From: Negaprion brevirostris
Lineage: Eukaryota
Reading direction: 5' to 3'
DNA: 64,000 bases
Assembly: GCA_030324005.1 (NCBI GenBank)
Contig: JARDVH010000143.1
Span: 13,328,679 to 13,392,678 of the forward strand
In this document: positions 38,569-49,869 of the stretch, piece after piece
Layout: the number at the start of each line of letters is the position of its first letter
Numbering within the stretch: position 1 is the stretch's first letter
The notes under the pieces: model-generated
Told to the model about the DNA's origin: nothing
The model's database searches: none
Seen by the model: only the letters and a program-made list of their open reading frames with translations
Translations under genes and position numbers: made by a program

Positions 38569-39291
38569 TCTCTCTGCCTCTCTACCTCACTTTCCTCCTT
38601 CAAAATAGGCTTCAAAACATGCCTCTTTGATCATTCTTTTAGTCAGCTGACTTAATATCACAATGTGGCTTGGTATCGTATTGTGTTTTATAACGCACTT
38701 TGGGATGTTTTACTCCCTTACACTTAGTGCATGGCTGTCAGTGTAGATTGGTAAGCACAGGCCTGATAGGGGATCAGAACTTGTGAGCTAAGACATGGCT
38801 GGTGGTATTTTGGAGGACTTCAAGTTTACAGATGATAGAATTTAGGTGACAATGTATTGGAATAGTAGAATCCAGAGATAAATCATGATTATCAGTACAT
38901 TATGCAAAATACAGATGTGATAACTAAAAATAGTGCTACAACAGTCATGGAGGAATTACTTCATACATTTCGACTGAGGATCAAGTGTCTCTTTTCTGTT
39001 AAGGGCAAAGCAAATTGAAAACGAATGTACAATTTATACTAACCTTCAATTCCTTTAAATACAATCAAATCTGGAAAACAAGTATGGCCACAAAATAGCT
39101 ACAACAATTTTCTAAAAAAGTGCTGATCTTGCTTCCAATGCAGGGCACGTTTTTCAGATAAAACACATCACAATCCTGCTACTTTTCCAATTCGCTCATG
39201 GTCTCTCCAACCTTTTGTTACCCTTCACGGTGTATTGCATGACGGGCCTTTGGCCCTTCATCTCGATTTCTCAAACGTAAATAGATCTCAC

Positions 39292-39506
39292 CTTTACAGA
39301 ATAGGCTAGGGAGATCGTTACAGCGAGTGGGAGACCCTCCGGTACAGCCACGACAAGCACAGTGACGCCAATGATGAAAAATTTCACGAAGTACTGGATG
39401 TAGATTGGGGTACAATCAGCCAGCCATGGCCTGCCTTGAAACCCAAAAGTGTTAATAACGAAAAACAGCACAAGGATGATGACGGTCACTGCTGACATAA
39501 GCAGAC
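39292..39506 (-). CDS. ATP2B4: PMCA exon, 215 nt: [72 protein letters not shown] (TM3-TM4, PEGL Ca2+ site)
   Basis: PEGLPLAVT motif. Acceptor tttgtctgcag|GT, donor AAG|gtgaga; phase 1-0. Confidence 0.97.
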
Positions 39507-39629
39507 CTGCAGACAAAGGAAAAAAAAAGTCAAACTAAATTTGACGGGCTTTAGCAAAAAATTCTTCCCATAAAACAGTAGTCGCAATTCACTGAACATA
39601 CAGGTACACCGATAAAGCATTTAGACACT

Positions 39630-39749
39630 GAGTGGAATTTTCCACCCCATCCACCATCGTAGTGGGCAAGACACGGACCATGGAAAAGTCTGTTGACCTT
39701 AGGTGGGTTTTTCTGACCTTGGAGTGAGCGTGGTTGGAAAATCCCACCC
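39630..39749. mobile_element. About 120-bp MITE-like element with terminal inverted repeats
   Basis: gagtggaattttcc ... ggaaaatcccaccc; related inverted copy at about 53215-53336. Confidence 0.55.
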
Positions 39750-40467
39750 ATTGTTTTTCACATGATGATTTTAGTTGCAGTTTCCAAGTATTAAATCTTT
39801 CCACCAACAGAAATGAAATTATTGTAAAGCAGCCACCTGTTTGGGTAATTACTACTTCAATTGAAACAATACAGCAAAAAAGATGATTTTTTTTCAGTAC
39901 ATTTAATTTATTCAATACATTGAAGTTACTATTGACATTAGGATAGATGAGGACTTCTATTATTCTGGTCAGTGCCTTAACTTTAAACATTCATTTCTTC
40001 ATGAGTTTTTTTTAAGAAAGACTTTTCCCAGAGAAAACCACAGCAACTCTTCCAGTTCAACTTGTTTTCATTAATTTTGAGAGAGGTCAGAAAGAAAAGC
40101 ATAATTAATTAAAAGCTAACTATTCTTCCCAAAAGAATACACTGAACTAGTCAAGTGTTTTAAAAGCAAAGAATACTTTTGCATTTGTTCTCTGCACAGC
40201 TACTACTGTTTCACTGCTCAGTGGGAAGGCAATACATAATCATATGTGGGTTTGCCATGTGGGTGCTCAAGGAAATAGCGCAATATTTATTGCTTCAGTC
40301 GGGCAAATCTCACTTCATGAAAACTGGCAGGCAAAATTATGTTGACCAGTTTCCTCACAATGAACAGCATCAATGCACAGCTCAAAGGTTAGTTGCTGAA
40401 CTTGGGCTGGGTTGGGTTTGGGGGTGGGATGTGGTCCAACACCTGAAAAACAGACCACAGTAGATGG

Positions 40468-40808
40468 GAAGGCAACGTCCTACTTGTATTACCACTTGAC
40501 TATTCTAGAAACTCAACCGATGTTCTGGGGACTCGGGTTTAAATCCCGCCACAGTAGATGGTGGAATTTGAATTCAATAAAAAATATTTGGAATTATGAA
40601 CCTACTGACAGTCATGAAACTATTGCCAATTGCCGGAAAACCCATCTGGTTCACTAATGTCCTTCAGGGAAGGAAATCTGCCATCATTACCTGGTCTTGC
40701 CTACATGCAACTCCAGAATCACAGCAATGAGGTCGACTCTCAACTGCCCTCAGGCAACAAGGGATAGGCAATAAATGCTGGCCAGCCAGTGACGCCCATG
40801 TCCCACAA
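40468..40808 (+). mobile_element. Second tRNA-SINE family copy
   Basis: Reverse-complement similarity to 24255-24622. Confidence 0.8.
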
Positions 40809-41379
40809 ATTGGAAAGCTAGGAATTAAACTGTTCCATCCTCTTTGCTGACAGGATAACAAAAGTATAGAAGTATTGATCATTGTTCACGGACGATCTGT
40901 CTGGCTACAGAACCTACCCAAGTCCTTCTGGATAACACAAGTTGACTTGAGCATAGAAAGCAAAAAGGCGAGGGATGGGAAAGAGTCTTTGAGAATGGTG
41001 AGTAGTAGAGATCATCCAAGTGTGTAGTTGAGGCCAGCTGACCATATTAGCATTATCATTCTAAAATGAATAAACACAGGTATAACCTTCAAGGTTTAAA
41101 GACCCAAAAATTTAAACAAAACTCCAGATGTTAATCTGATTTCAAAGCTAACTTACTTAACTCTTCATAATTTAATTCCATAGTTTTTCATCCATCACCT
41201 CAGCACCAAAAAACTACAGCAATAAGTGCAATATCCGCATCAATCCATATCAATTTACCCTTCATGGCCGAACTTGTCTGGATCTGTCTAATTGTCAAAC
41301 ATCCTTGCAGCATTCATGGAGGCGGACATTTTAGAATGACGATGCTAACCCTCAACTGCACACCTGAAAGATCTCTACT

Positions 41380-41560
41380 AGTCCTTCGGTGGGTCAAAGT
41401 CCTGGAATTCCCTCCGCAACGGCATTGAGAGTCAACCCACAGAACGTGGACTGCAGTGATTCAAGGAGGTGGCTCACCAACACCTTCTCAAGGACAACTA
41501 GGGATGGGCAATAAATACTGGCCAGCCAGCAACGCCCATGTCCCGTGAATGAATAAAAAT
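41380..41560 (+). mobile_element. LINE 3' end, same family as 23215-23790
   Basis: gggtcaaagtcctggaattccctcc..ctgcagtgattcaaggaggtggctcacc..gggatgggcaataaatactggccagccagc..gaatgaataaaaa. Confidence 0.7.
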
Positions 41561-42011
41561 AGTCACCATTCTCAAAGACTTTTCTCCATTCCCCACCTTT
41601 TGGTTTCTACGCTCAAGTCAACTTGCTTCAAATAGCTAACATACCAAACTTCACGAGCCTTAATCTTTGTAAAAAGCCTTTAACACTGAACTTTGTTTTG
41701 AAAAGCCAAATAAATTGCATTCTCTGGATCTCTCATCTCCAGTATCATTACAAGAATAGTTAAAAGAACCAATTCCTTCTAAAATTATGATGGCTCTGTA
41801 TGTTTGACACACAAACGGTATTTTCCCCCATTCTGATGTTCATCTAACTTGCCTACAATTTGCTAGTTTACAGCTCACTTCTCTTTTCACTTGTCAGGAT
41901 ACCATCTGGTAATTTCCAATTTTAACAAAAAGCTTTGATACTTAAGAGTTTGCCTGTTCTACTTGCATTTTTTTTTGGTAAGTTGGGCTGGAGAGACAGG
42001 GAAAAAAGTGC

Positions 42012-42623
42012 TATTTATTTTATTTCGTTAGTCACAAGTAGGCTTACATTAATTTTGCAATCAAGTTACTGTGAAAATCCTCTAGTCACCACACTCCGGT
42101 GCCTGTTTGAGTACACTGAAGGAGAATTATTCATTTCTAGGACGTGGGCATCACTGGCTGGCCAGCATTTATTGCCCATCCCTAGTTGCCCTTGGAGGGC
42201 AGTTGAGAATCAGCCACACTGCTGTTGCTCTGGAGTCACATGTAGATCAGACCAGGAAGGACAGTAGATTTCCTTCCCTAAAAGGACATTAGTGAACCAG
42301 ATGGATTTTTACAACTTCGACAACGGTTTCATGGTCATGAGTGGATTCTCAATTCCAGATTCTTTCACTGAATTCAAATTCCACCATCTGCCGTGGCAGG
42401 ATTTGAACCCGATGCCAGACATTAGTGGAGTTTCTGGATTAATAATCTAGCGAAAATACCACTAGGCCATTATCACCTCATAAACTGGCATGACCAATGA
42501 ACTTAACCAGCACGCCTTTCGGACTGTGGGAGGAAACCAGAGCATCCAAAGGAAACACATGCAGACACAGGAAGAACGTGCAGACTCCGTACAGACAGTA
42601 ACCTGAGGCCGGAATTGAACCGG
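42012..42623 (-). mobile_element. V-SINE type b (42012-42128 and 42486-42623) interrupted by the second-family SINE (42130-42477)
   Basis: The V-SINE breaks after gaaggagaatt and resumes at ggcatgaccaatgaacttaacc. Confidence 0.8.
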
Positions 42624-42702
42624 GATTTAAAGGAAAAATATTAGACAACAGTATAATCTTTAGAAAGTTATAGAGCTGTTCCATGAAATCAGTTTGCTTT
42701 AC

Positions 42703-42864
42703 CTGCTTTTCCAATCTGCACTGCCAATTTGGTGAGCTTTCCCTGCAGGACAGATTTCTCTTTCTTTGGTATGTTTGATTTTTTCTTCTCTCTTTCTTCC
42801 AGATCTCCTCCCTCTTCACTCTTCAATGGTTGAATCTCCAGAGCAACGCCGTCCTGAGCTTTAG
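42703..42864 (-). CDS. ATP2B4: PMCA exon, 162 nt: [54 protein letters not shown] (acidic-phospholipid-sensitive basic region)
   Basis: [11 protein letters not shown] is PMCA4-type (paralogs read QDGAxMEMQPL). Acceptor gacccag|CT, donor GCAG|gtaaag; phase 1-1. Confidence 0.96.
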
Positions 42865-44934
42865 CTGGGTCCAACAGATTGAAACAGATTTGCAAACACT
42901 CTATAAACAGTCAAAACTATTATGATTATACAAACATTCAGGCACAGACAACAGTGGGGGAAATTTGATGTGTGAATAAATATTGGCAGGGGGTGGGTGT
43001 TGAGTGTTTAAGATACGCTTTTATAATACTTATATGAGAGCACTGAGAAAATGTAAGGTCTTCCAGCAAAGTGACAAGAGTTATGAAACTAGAGATAATA
43101 TTTCAGTCCCTACAAAAGAGGAAACAAATTAAGTTTTATATTTAAGATGCACTGGATACTGCACTGATAATTCCTGCTGAGCAGTTGTTGAGACAAACTA
43201 CATCGTTTTGCCCAATTTGGTCCTCCTGTTTCCAAAGGTTCAATCATAAGGTCATTCGCAAGAGATAAAACTAAGCAGCTGTTATAGAAAATGTCAGATT
43301 TGTATAAACTATTCCATTTGATGGAAATATTTTTATCACTTTTCCGAGCTGTAGCTAATATAATGAAATGAATCAAGCAAAATAAAAAGGTTCAAATATG
43401 TGTACTGTTGAAACAGGGGACATAATTAATTTGATTATATTGCCTTGATTGGATTACACAAGGGCAACAATTTATAAAAGACAACTCTAATGCATTGTAA
43501 TATCATCTATCTGTCTTTGTGCTAGCCAATAATATTAGATGCAGTTCATAAAATGACCAAAAACTGCATCAGACGCAGAGGTCACAAATAGTGTCACTAT
43601 ATTTGACTCTAACTGTAAACACTAAATGCCAATATCGCTGATGCCTTCAGCTGGATCCCAGCATATCAGCAATTAAAAGGAAATCACTAGATTGAGGCCA
43701 TAAGCATTATTTTCAATTTGTAATTTCAGTGTTCAAAGTATCACTTTGTTGGTTAAACCACAAGAGGAGATCAGATTAAAAAAGGAGCAAAGAGCAAAAT
43801 TCAGTATCAAGTTTGCCACAGACACAAATGATCTTACAATTACAATATCTCATTCTTAAGACAGCAACAACAGACAAACCATGGATAGCTCGCGTCTGTA
43901 AATGAAGCATGTAGCACACAACAAATAAAAAAAGTACAATGTCCAATACTTCATCATGAAAAGGAGGGGAAAACAGTTGCTTATAACTAAAGCTGTACTA
44001 CTGTCCATATATTATGGGATATTTCTCTCCCCCTCCCCAACCCCCTCTCTTCAGTCTTCTGGCACACAACATTAGGAAGCAAGGTGACCCCCAAGACACA
44101 GAAGGGATATTCCATTGGTAATCAGAACCCGAGGCAGCAGCTATTACCAGTGATGTTCCTTTCACCTTCAGTCTGAATAAGAGCAATTCCTGAGTGCAAA
44201 CACGGCCGAGTCGCAGGAAGAAAGGAGCTCAAAGAATCGCAAACAAACTGTAAAAAAAAAAATCAATGACAAGAAATACAATGCTAAATAATGCACAGAC
44301 CAGATTCCTTAAGGGACATAAACGTGCTGCTTTAATATTGAGTGTGAAGGTGAATCAAGAGCACACATTTAGCTATTGTGGATATGTCATCAACACCTAG
44401 ACCACAGTCACAACAACTGGATGAGCAGCACCACCTCCTCTTCCTGAATCTGCACCAATATTGCATCACCAGTTCTCTCTTTTCCAAGTGTCTATCCACC
44501 AGGTCTCTTCAAAATTGCTCAAGAGGTTCCTGTTAGAGAGCAAATACTTCAGGTCTCTATTTCTGGGTGCTTGCCTCTTGGTTGCTTACACTGAGCACTT
44601 CCAATCCTCAGGAATGTCTAATAAACATAAGAAACAAAAACTAAAGTTGTCTGTTAAAACCTGATCGGTTTTAGTCCACATCACTGGGATTCTGGCTGTA
44701 CGTTGTCCAAAGCATGGTCTCACATTAGTAGATTGGGACAGATGCCACTGTTGTAGTAGCCTTTGTAGATGCTCATAGCCTGCTCTAGCCACACAAGTGA
44801 CACCTTTCTTAAATGTGGAAACAGAGCTGTGAGCCTGGAAATAAAGCAAGTGAGGGTTCCATTTGTGCAAGCGAAGTAGATGCAAAGGGCCCATGCGTGT
44901 CATCTAAGTTAAAAGCAACTTTCCTCTTAATACA

Positions 44935-45128
44935 AGAGACAGAAGTAGGAGCAGGCCACCAAGCCCTTCAAGCATGCTCCATCATTCAATACAATCATGG
45001 CTGATCTATGGCAGCCTCCTTTTCTGTGCCATTTCCCCATGGCCCTCTGTTCTTTGTTCTAGCAAGCTTTTATCCACCTCCACTTTAAATGCTTCTAATA
45101 ATACAGCCTCCACAAACTTTCGCGGCAA
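44935..45128 (-). mobile_element. CR1-type 3' tail
   Basis: agaagtaggagcaggccacc..ccatcattcaatacaatcatggctgatct. Confidence 0.65.
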
Positions 45129-45689
45129 AGTTAGAGGCAGCACTATTCCCACAGTCTCCATTCTCAACTCTTTCTATAATGGATTTCTGTCACCAACTTT
45201 TCTTCCTTGTAGACAGAATGTGAATTTGGTCTCAGTGGATTCAGTGTGCCCCAGATTCTACACGGAAGTGGGAATCTTCCCTCAGCAGCAGCGAAACGAT
45301 TTATAGTCAGGAGTCTACTGAACACAAACCACGTCTCAACGTAGAAGGCAATCTTAATAGCATCCTGCGAGTGTGTGTCAGGGAGAAACAATTTCCTCAG
45401 TTAAATGAAGATAGAAGTGAAAGAGGAAAATCCTGGTGTCTCTCTCAACATTCATCAACCAAGGTGAAGGAACAGGGGAGGGCATCCTCAGGAGATCCCA
45501 AGGTATTTCCAGCCAAATTAAGTATTTAGGAGTAGTCACTGGTATGCAGGCAAACAGTAGGCAATTTACACACAGGAGGTAGACTACAAAAACAAAATGA
45601 CCTGCAAACTTATTTCAGTTGGCAACTATTGAAAGAGGGTTTTGGATCTTTATCCAGCTCAACTGATGATATTGATCAAGCAGGAAGGG

Positions 45690-45842
45690 TCTAGATTTAG
45701 TAACTCATCTGAAAAATGGCGTCTCCAGTGTAGCACTCCCTCAGTTATTGCATTGAAGTGTTGACCTGTATCATTTGTTCAAAATGTAGGATTAGAACCA
45801 TGACCTTCCTCAGCATGCTACTAACTAAGCAAAGATGACATC
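45690..45842 (-). mobile_element. Old Deu-domain-like SINE
   Basis: ctcatctgaaaaatggcgtctcc..gcactccctcagt..gcattgaagtgt..gaaccatgaccttc. Confidence 0.5.
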
Positions 45843-46494
45843 TAGATGTATAATCCAACATATCATGACTTTGGCTGCAAGTGTCCAGACGGACAAGAGT
45901 CAGCTTTTCCACGGTCTAAGTACTCAAGGCAGAATCAAATGGCTACAAATATAAACAGGACTGAATTAAGATACCCAGTCTATTCTTGTGCACAGGCCTC
46001 CACTAAACAGCTGCAGTGACAAATGTGGAGATAGTATGTAGAAAAAGATCCTAAGGAGGGAAATTAAACATTTTTTTTTACATTCAAGTCAGAATTCACA
46101 TTACAAAAGAACAGGTGTACTATCTATATACTCAAATAGTAGCAACAGGCTGAAGTATTGAAGTGACATCACAGGATGTAGCTGCTGCAGGGGCAAGGGA
46201 GAAAATAACTTAATTTTTAAAAATTTGATTTGTTTACTTTTCTGACTGCTCATCTTATTATCCCCAGTGATGAATGCGTGGCAGTTGAGGGGGAAAGAGA
46301 TTTGTTTTCTGAAGAATCACATAAAAAGATAAATTCTGTTCAGGAATTTGAATTCCACTCAATACATCCAGTAGAGTTGTACGCAGAACAAAAATGTCCA
46401 AAGCTGTGGCAACTGCCCAGCATTCGCTCACTTTGAAGTTCTGAGGGTGTTTCCAAAATCAAGCCAGCTATGCCATTTGAGGGGAGTTCAGGTG

Positions 46495-46673
46495 AACTGG
46501 GCTAGAGATTAATAATTTATACTCCTAGATTATGAATAACTCTGCTATTCAAGAGGGACAGAGAGAATAAGGAATTGTAGGCTGGTTAGCCTGAAGTTAG
46601 TAGTGGGAAAAAGTAACAGAACACTTAAGAAAATTATAATAATATGGGTTGGTAGAGTCAATACAGAAAGAAA

Positions 46674-46704
<31 letters not shown>

Positions 46705-47430
46705 CTGTTAGCTTTTTTGAGGTTTTACTAACAGGGTAGATAATGAGGATCATATTGGAGGAAAGTAGGGCATTTAAATTTTTAAACTATTTGGCAAGGT
46801 GCCATACAAGAATTATCACACAATGTTAAGGCCCCTGGGATTAGGGATAATATGTTGGCATAGATTGGTCAGCAGATGGAACAGAATAGGAATGGAATCC
46901 AAGTTTGCTGATGGCATAAAGTGAGATGAGAAAGTGAGGCCATGAAAAGGGATAAATAGGGTCAGTGAATGGGGAAGGCCATGGCGGAGAAGTGCAAACT
47001 TAACCCTTGAAAAGAAAAAGATAGAAAGGTGGAATTTTTTTTTTAAAAGAGTGAAAGGCTGGGTAATATTTGTATTAACAGGGGCCTGGGTATGATCATC
47101 ACAAAGCTAACGTACAGGAAAGAGCAAGCAATTGAGAATTCAAAAGTATTGTAAAAGGGATTGAAGTATGAAGATACAAAGGTATTACTGAAATTATGTA
47201 GGGCCTTGATGGAGAGACTACATTTGAAGCAGTGTGCAAGTTTCAGGTCTCTTTGCCCAAGGAGCAATATTCCTGTCTTAGGAGAAAGTGAAATGAAAGC
47301 TCACTACACTAAGCATCACACCTATATTTCCTAGAGTTTAAAAGAGTATGAACCACATTGAAACATAAAATTCTTTAGTAGTTTTACAGGGCGGACGGCG
47401 AGTGTATGTTTTTCCTGGTCAGGGAATGTG
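46495..47430 (+). mobile_element. Highly decayed CR1 RT region
   Basis: Remnants in colinear order: aattataga/gtaggctggttagcct (YRPVSL-like), tttggcaaggtgccatac (FDKVPH-like), aagtttgctgatg (KFAD), ctacatttgaagcagtgtgcaagttt (PHLEYCVQF-like). Confidence 0.6.
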
Positions 47431-48707
47431 GAATTAACAGCCTTTTACACCCACAAATCTGAATGCATCATTCTTCAGATGTTTGCTTGTTGAATTGTCT
47501 TAGGCTTGCAGCTTCCATACAAAAATATGTTCGTGCTTTGATACAGAATCGGTTGTCCATTATTAACCATGGTGACCATCTATATTAAAGCACAACGTCA
47601 TCACTGCCAACACTGAAAGTCAACAAGTTTCGCAAGGGTACAATGTCCTTGAATTCCTATTCAGTAGTTAGATTTCCGAAAATGGGGAGCTCGGAGCAAC
47701 GAAGAAAGGGCGGAGGGGTGGGGGTGGAGACAACAACTATGTCAGAGAGGCTGAAGGAAGGCAAGCTAAACTGCAGAGCGGGTGAAGTATGAGGTCCTCC
47801 ACACACAGCCTGGAAGGAACAGTGAAACCACAGCGTGAATGTTGAGACTATGAAGGAAGAAAATAGGGGTTCAACGATTACTGTTTTTTAAAAATAAAGA
47901 GATATTGATTAAACACCTTACTTCATGCTTAGGCTACAGCTTTCCTCATTTTTGTTTCGTAGGCACATCCTCAACTTAACTGAGGTGGAGCATGAGTCAA
48001 AGAATGATATTGCTAGCTCATTCAATGGAAATTAAACAAGGCAACAAATTCGCTTCATTGGAGTTTAGGAGACTTTGAAGGACAGAAATCAAATAAATCA
48101 ATCAAGACTTGTCAATGGAAATCAGGTATTTGGGAGATGCCTACTACAATTTCAGGTCTTTGTCTCTTCCAACAACAGCAAGTGGCCAATGACAATAGGT
48201 GACAAAAATAAATTAGCAACGAAAGCTGGGGGCAAAAAAAGTGTGGTATTTAAAATATCTGCTTCGAATCACTTGCAAATGCAAGATACAGTTATGGTCA
48301 ACACTTAAAGCAACTCACCAATAAGATTAGAGGTTATTGTCAGTTTTCACCTAGGCCACTGGCATTATCTCATATAGATGAGATAATCATTAATATGATA
48401 TAGATAAACTGGCAGTGTCAACACATGGCTTAAGTGAACGCTGATGGGTTTATAAAGGAAGCCTTGGGCATAATATTGACAAGGTTCCACATGAAATGAG
48501 TTCTTAATCAGAACAGCTTTGTTCTACCAGTTATATTAAATGGTTGCATCGGATTATGGTTTTTCAATAATCGTTGTACCCCCATAAACAGAAGGTGAAG
48601 GTCCCACTGTGTTAGCGAATTTGAAGAACAAGGATAATGGTTAAAACAAAAAAAAGAAAGAAAGAATGTTTCCAGTTAGTGTGCTCTTCTATGTTTATGA
48701 GGGTTAC

Positions 48708-48743
48708 CTTTGTTGCGATTTTCTGGGGCTCCTTGTTTTTTAC
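48708..48743 (-). CDS. ATP2B4: 36-nt splice-site-A ('x') cassette exon: GKKQGAPENRNK
   Basis: Minus strand ttttttgtttgaacag|GTAAAAAACAAGGAGCCCCAGAAAATCGCAACAAAG|gtaacc; symmetric phase 1. As I recall it, the mammalian PMCA4 site-A exon is 36 nt and encodes GKKQGVPENRNK. Confidence 0.93.
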
Positions 48744-49206
48744 CTGTTCAAACAAAAAAAGGGTGGAATGCTCGTCACATGACTTCATAAATGCTATAAT
48801 GCAAGGCTCATGTTTAGTTGCGTCGGAAACTGGGAATGAAATGTTGACTGTTAGTACATGCCATGGGAGTGCTGTAAAATCATTGTAGTTCCACAAGTTT
48901 TATTGCTTTACCATTTTTGACTTTAAACCTTATTCAGTCCAGGTCGCTCCCCAGAATTAAACTGGTAATTTCAATAGGAAAGATACAGCGATTGATTCTC
49001 AACACACGAGCATCAACACAAGACAGCTCCTCCAATCAGTATCTCAAAAGTGTGGCAAGACTTAAAGTTGATGAAAATTGTATTTGGCATCAGGTCAAAC
49101 AGCCTGGGTCATGTGAGATAGATTAAAAATGTATACATGCACTGTTTTTCGTTCAGAAGTATTCAATTTGGATTAATTTAGTTTAATCTGGAGAAGCTTT
49201 TCTTTA

Positions 49207-49250
49207 CCTGGTCTGGATGCGGTTAAGCCCTGGTCTGGATGCGGTTAAGC
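49207..49250. repeat. Perfect 22-bp tandem duplication
   Basis: cctggtctggatgcggttaagc x2. Confidence 0.9.
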
Positions 49251-49869
49251 ATTTTACAATGGGTGCAAACAATAATTAACTTTAACTCAGTTGGTTCTCC
49301 TATACGTTACCAGCCCTTTCAACATTGGCCATGTTAAACATGTTTTGGTGTTACTAGAAAGTGGAATGATATGTCAAAAAACTTATTTTTCTTTAGGGAT
49401 GTGCTTTTTTAAAAAAAGATTGAAATTCCAGGTTGAGCAGAAGTTGCTTTGCCAATTTATTAAGCCATCTTCCCATTGCAGATGCCTTTAAGAACAACTT
49501 GAAATTCACACATTTATGGTGATCAAAATCTCTTGAACACACTGTCAACCTTTTTTAACACTTGGCCTTGGAAGTGTGCAGCACACTAATGCATTGGTGG
49601 TCCATGATATATATGGGGACAAGATGTTGCCATTAGGAAATCCAAAAGCATCCAGGTTGGCTGACTGAGGAGTAAGACTAGACCACAGGCGGTAAATGAA
49701 GCCATGGGTAGAGAGCCTCAAGAGTGTGGTCAGGGACATAGAGACTTCACTCAGTGGCCAGGACTCCAGGGCCACAAGAGGTCCGATAGCTGAGTGGGAG
49801 ACAGCTTTGCTTGACTGTTATCTAGACCCACAAGTAGTCTTGGAATGGCACTTTTAGAATTCACATCGA

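Larger units (their letters stand above)
35880..38715 (+). mobile_element. Degenerate L2-clade LINE interrupted by younger insertions
   Basis: RT remnants in order: aactaccccactttcaacttccc (NYRPISNLP-like, 36120), gaaaactgctcttaaagtcacaaatgac (ETALLKVTND, 36255), ggtgtctcccaaagatctgtactgggg (GVPQGSVLG-like, 37382), gctgac/actgacaacacccagctctac (ADDTQLY-like, 37470), cttgattttaaaatt (DFKI, 38001); L2-like tail 38570-38715. Confidence 0.72.

Noticed and set aside
47922-47979. 58-nt minus-strand exon-like segment (ccacctcag|...ATGAA|gtaagg) in the site-A intron
   Set aside because: Not a multiple of 3 (phase 1 to 2), no compatible partner exon found, and no PMCA similarity; at most a cryptic or poison exon.
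48612-48896. 94-aa minus ORF and 83-aa plus ORF over the site-A exon
   Set aside because: Wrong frame or strand; only the 36-nt spliced exon has support.
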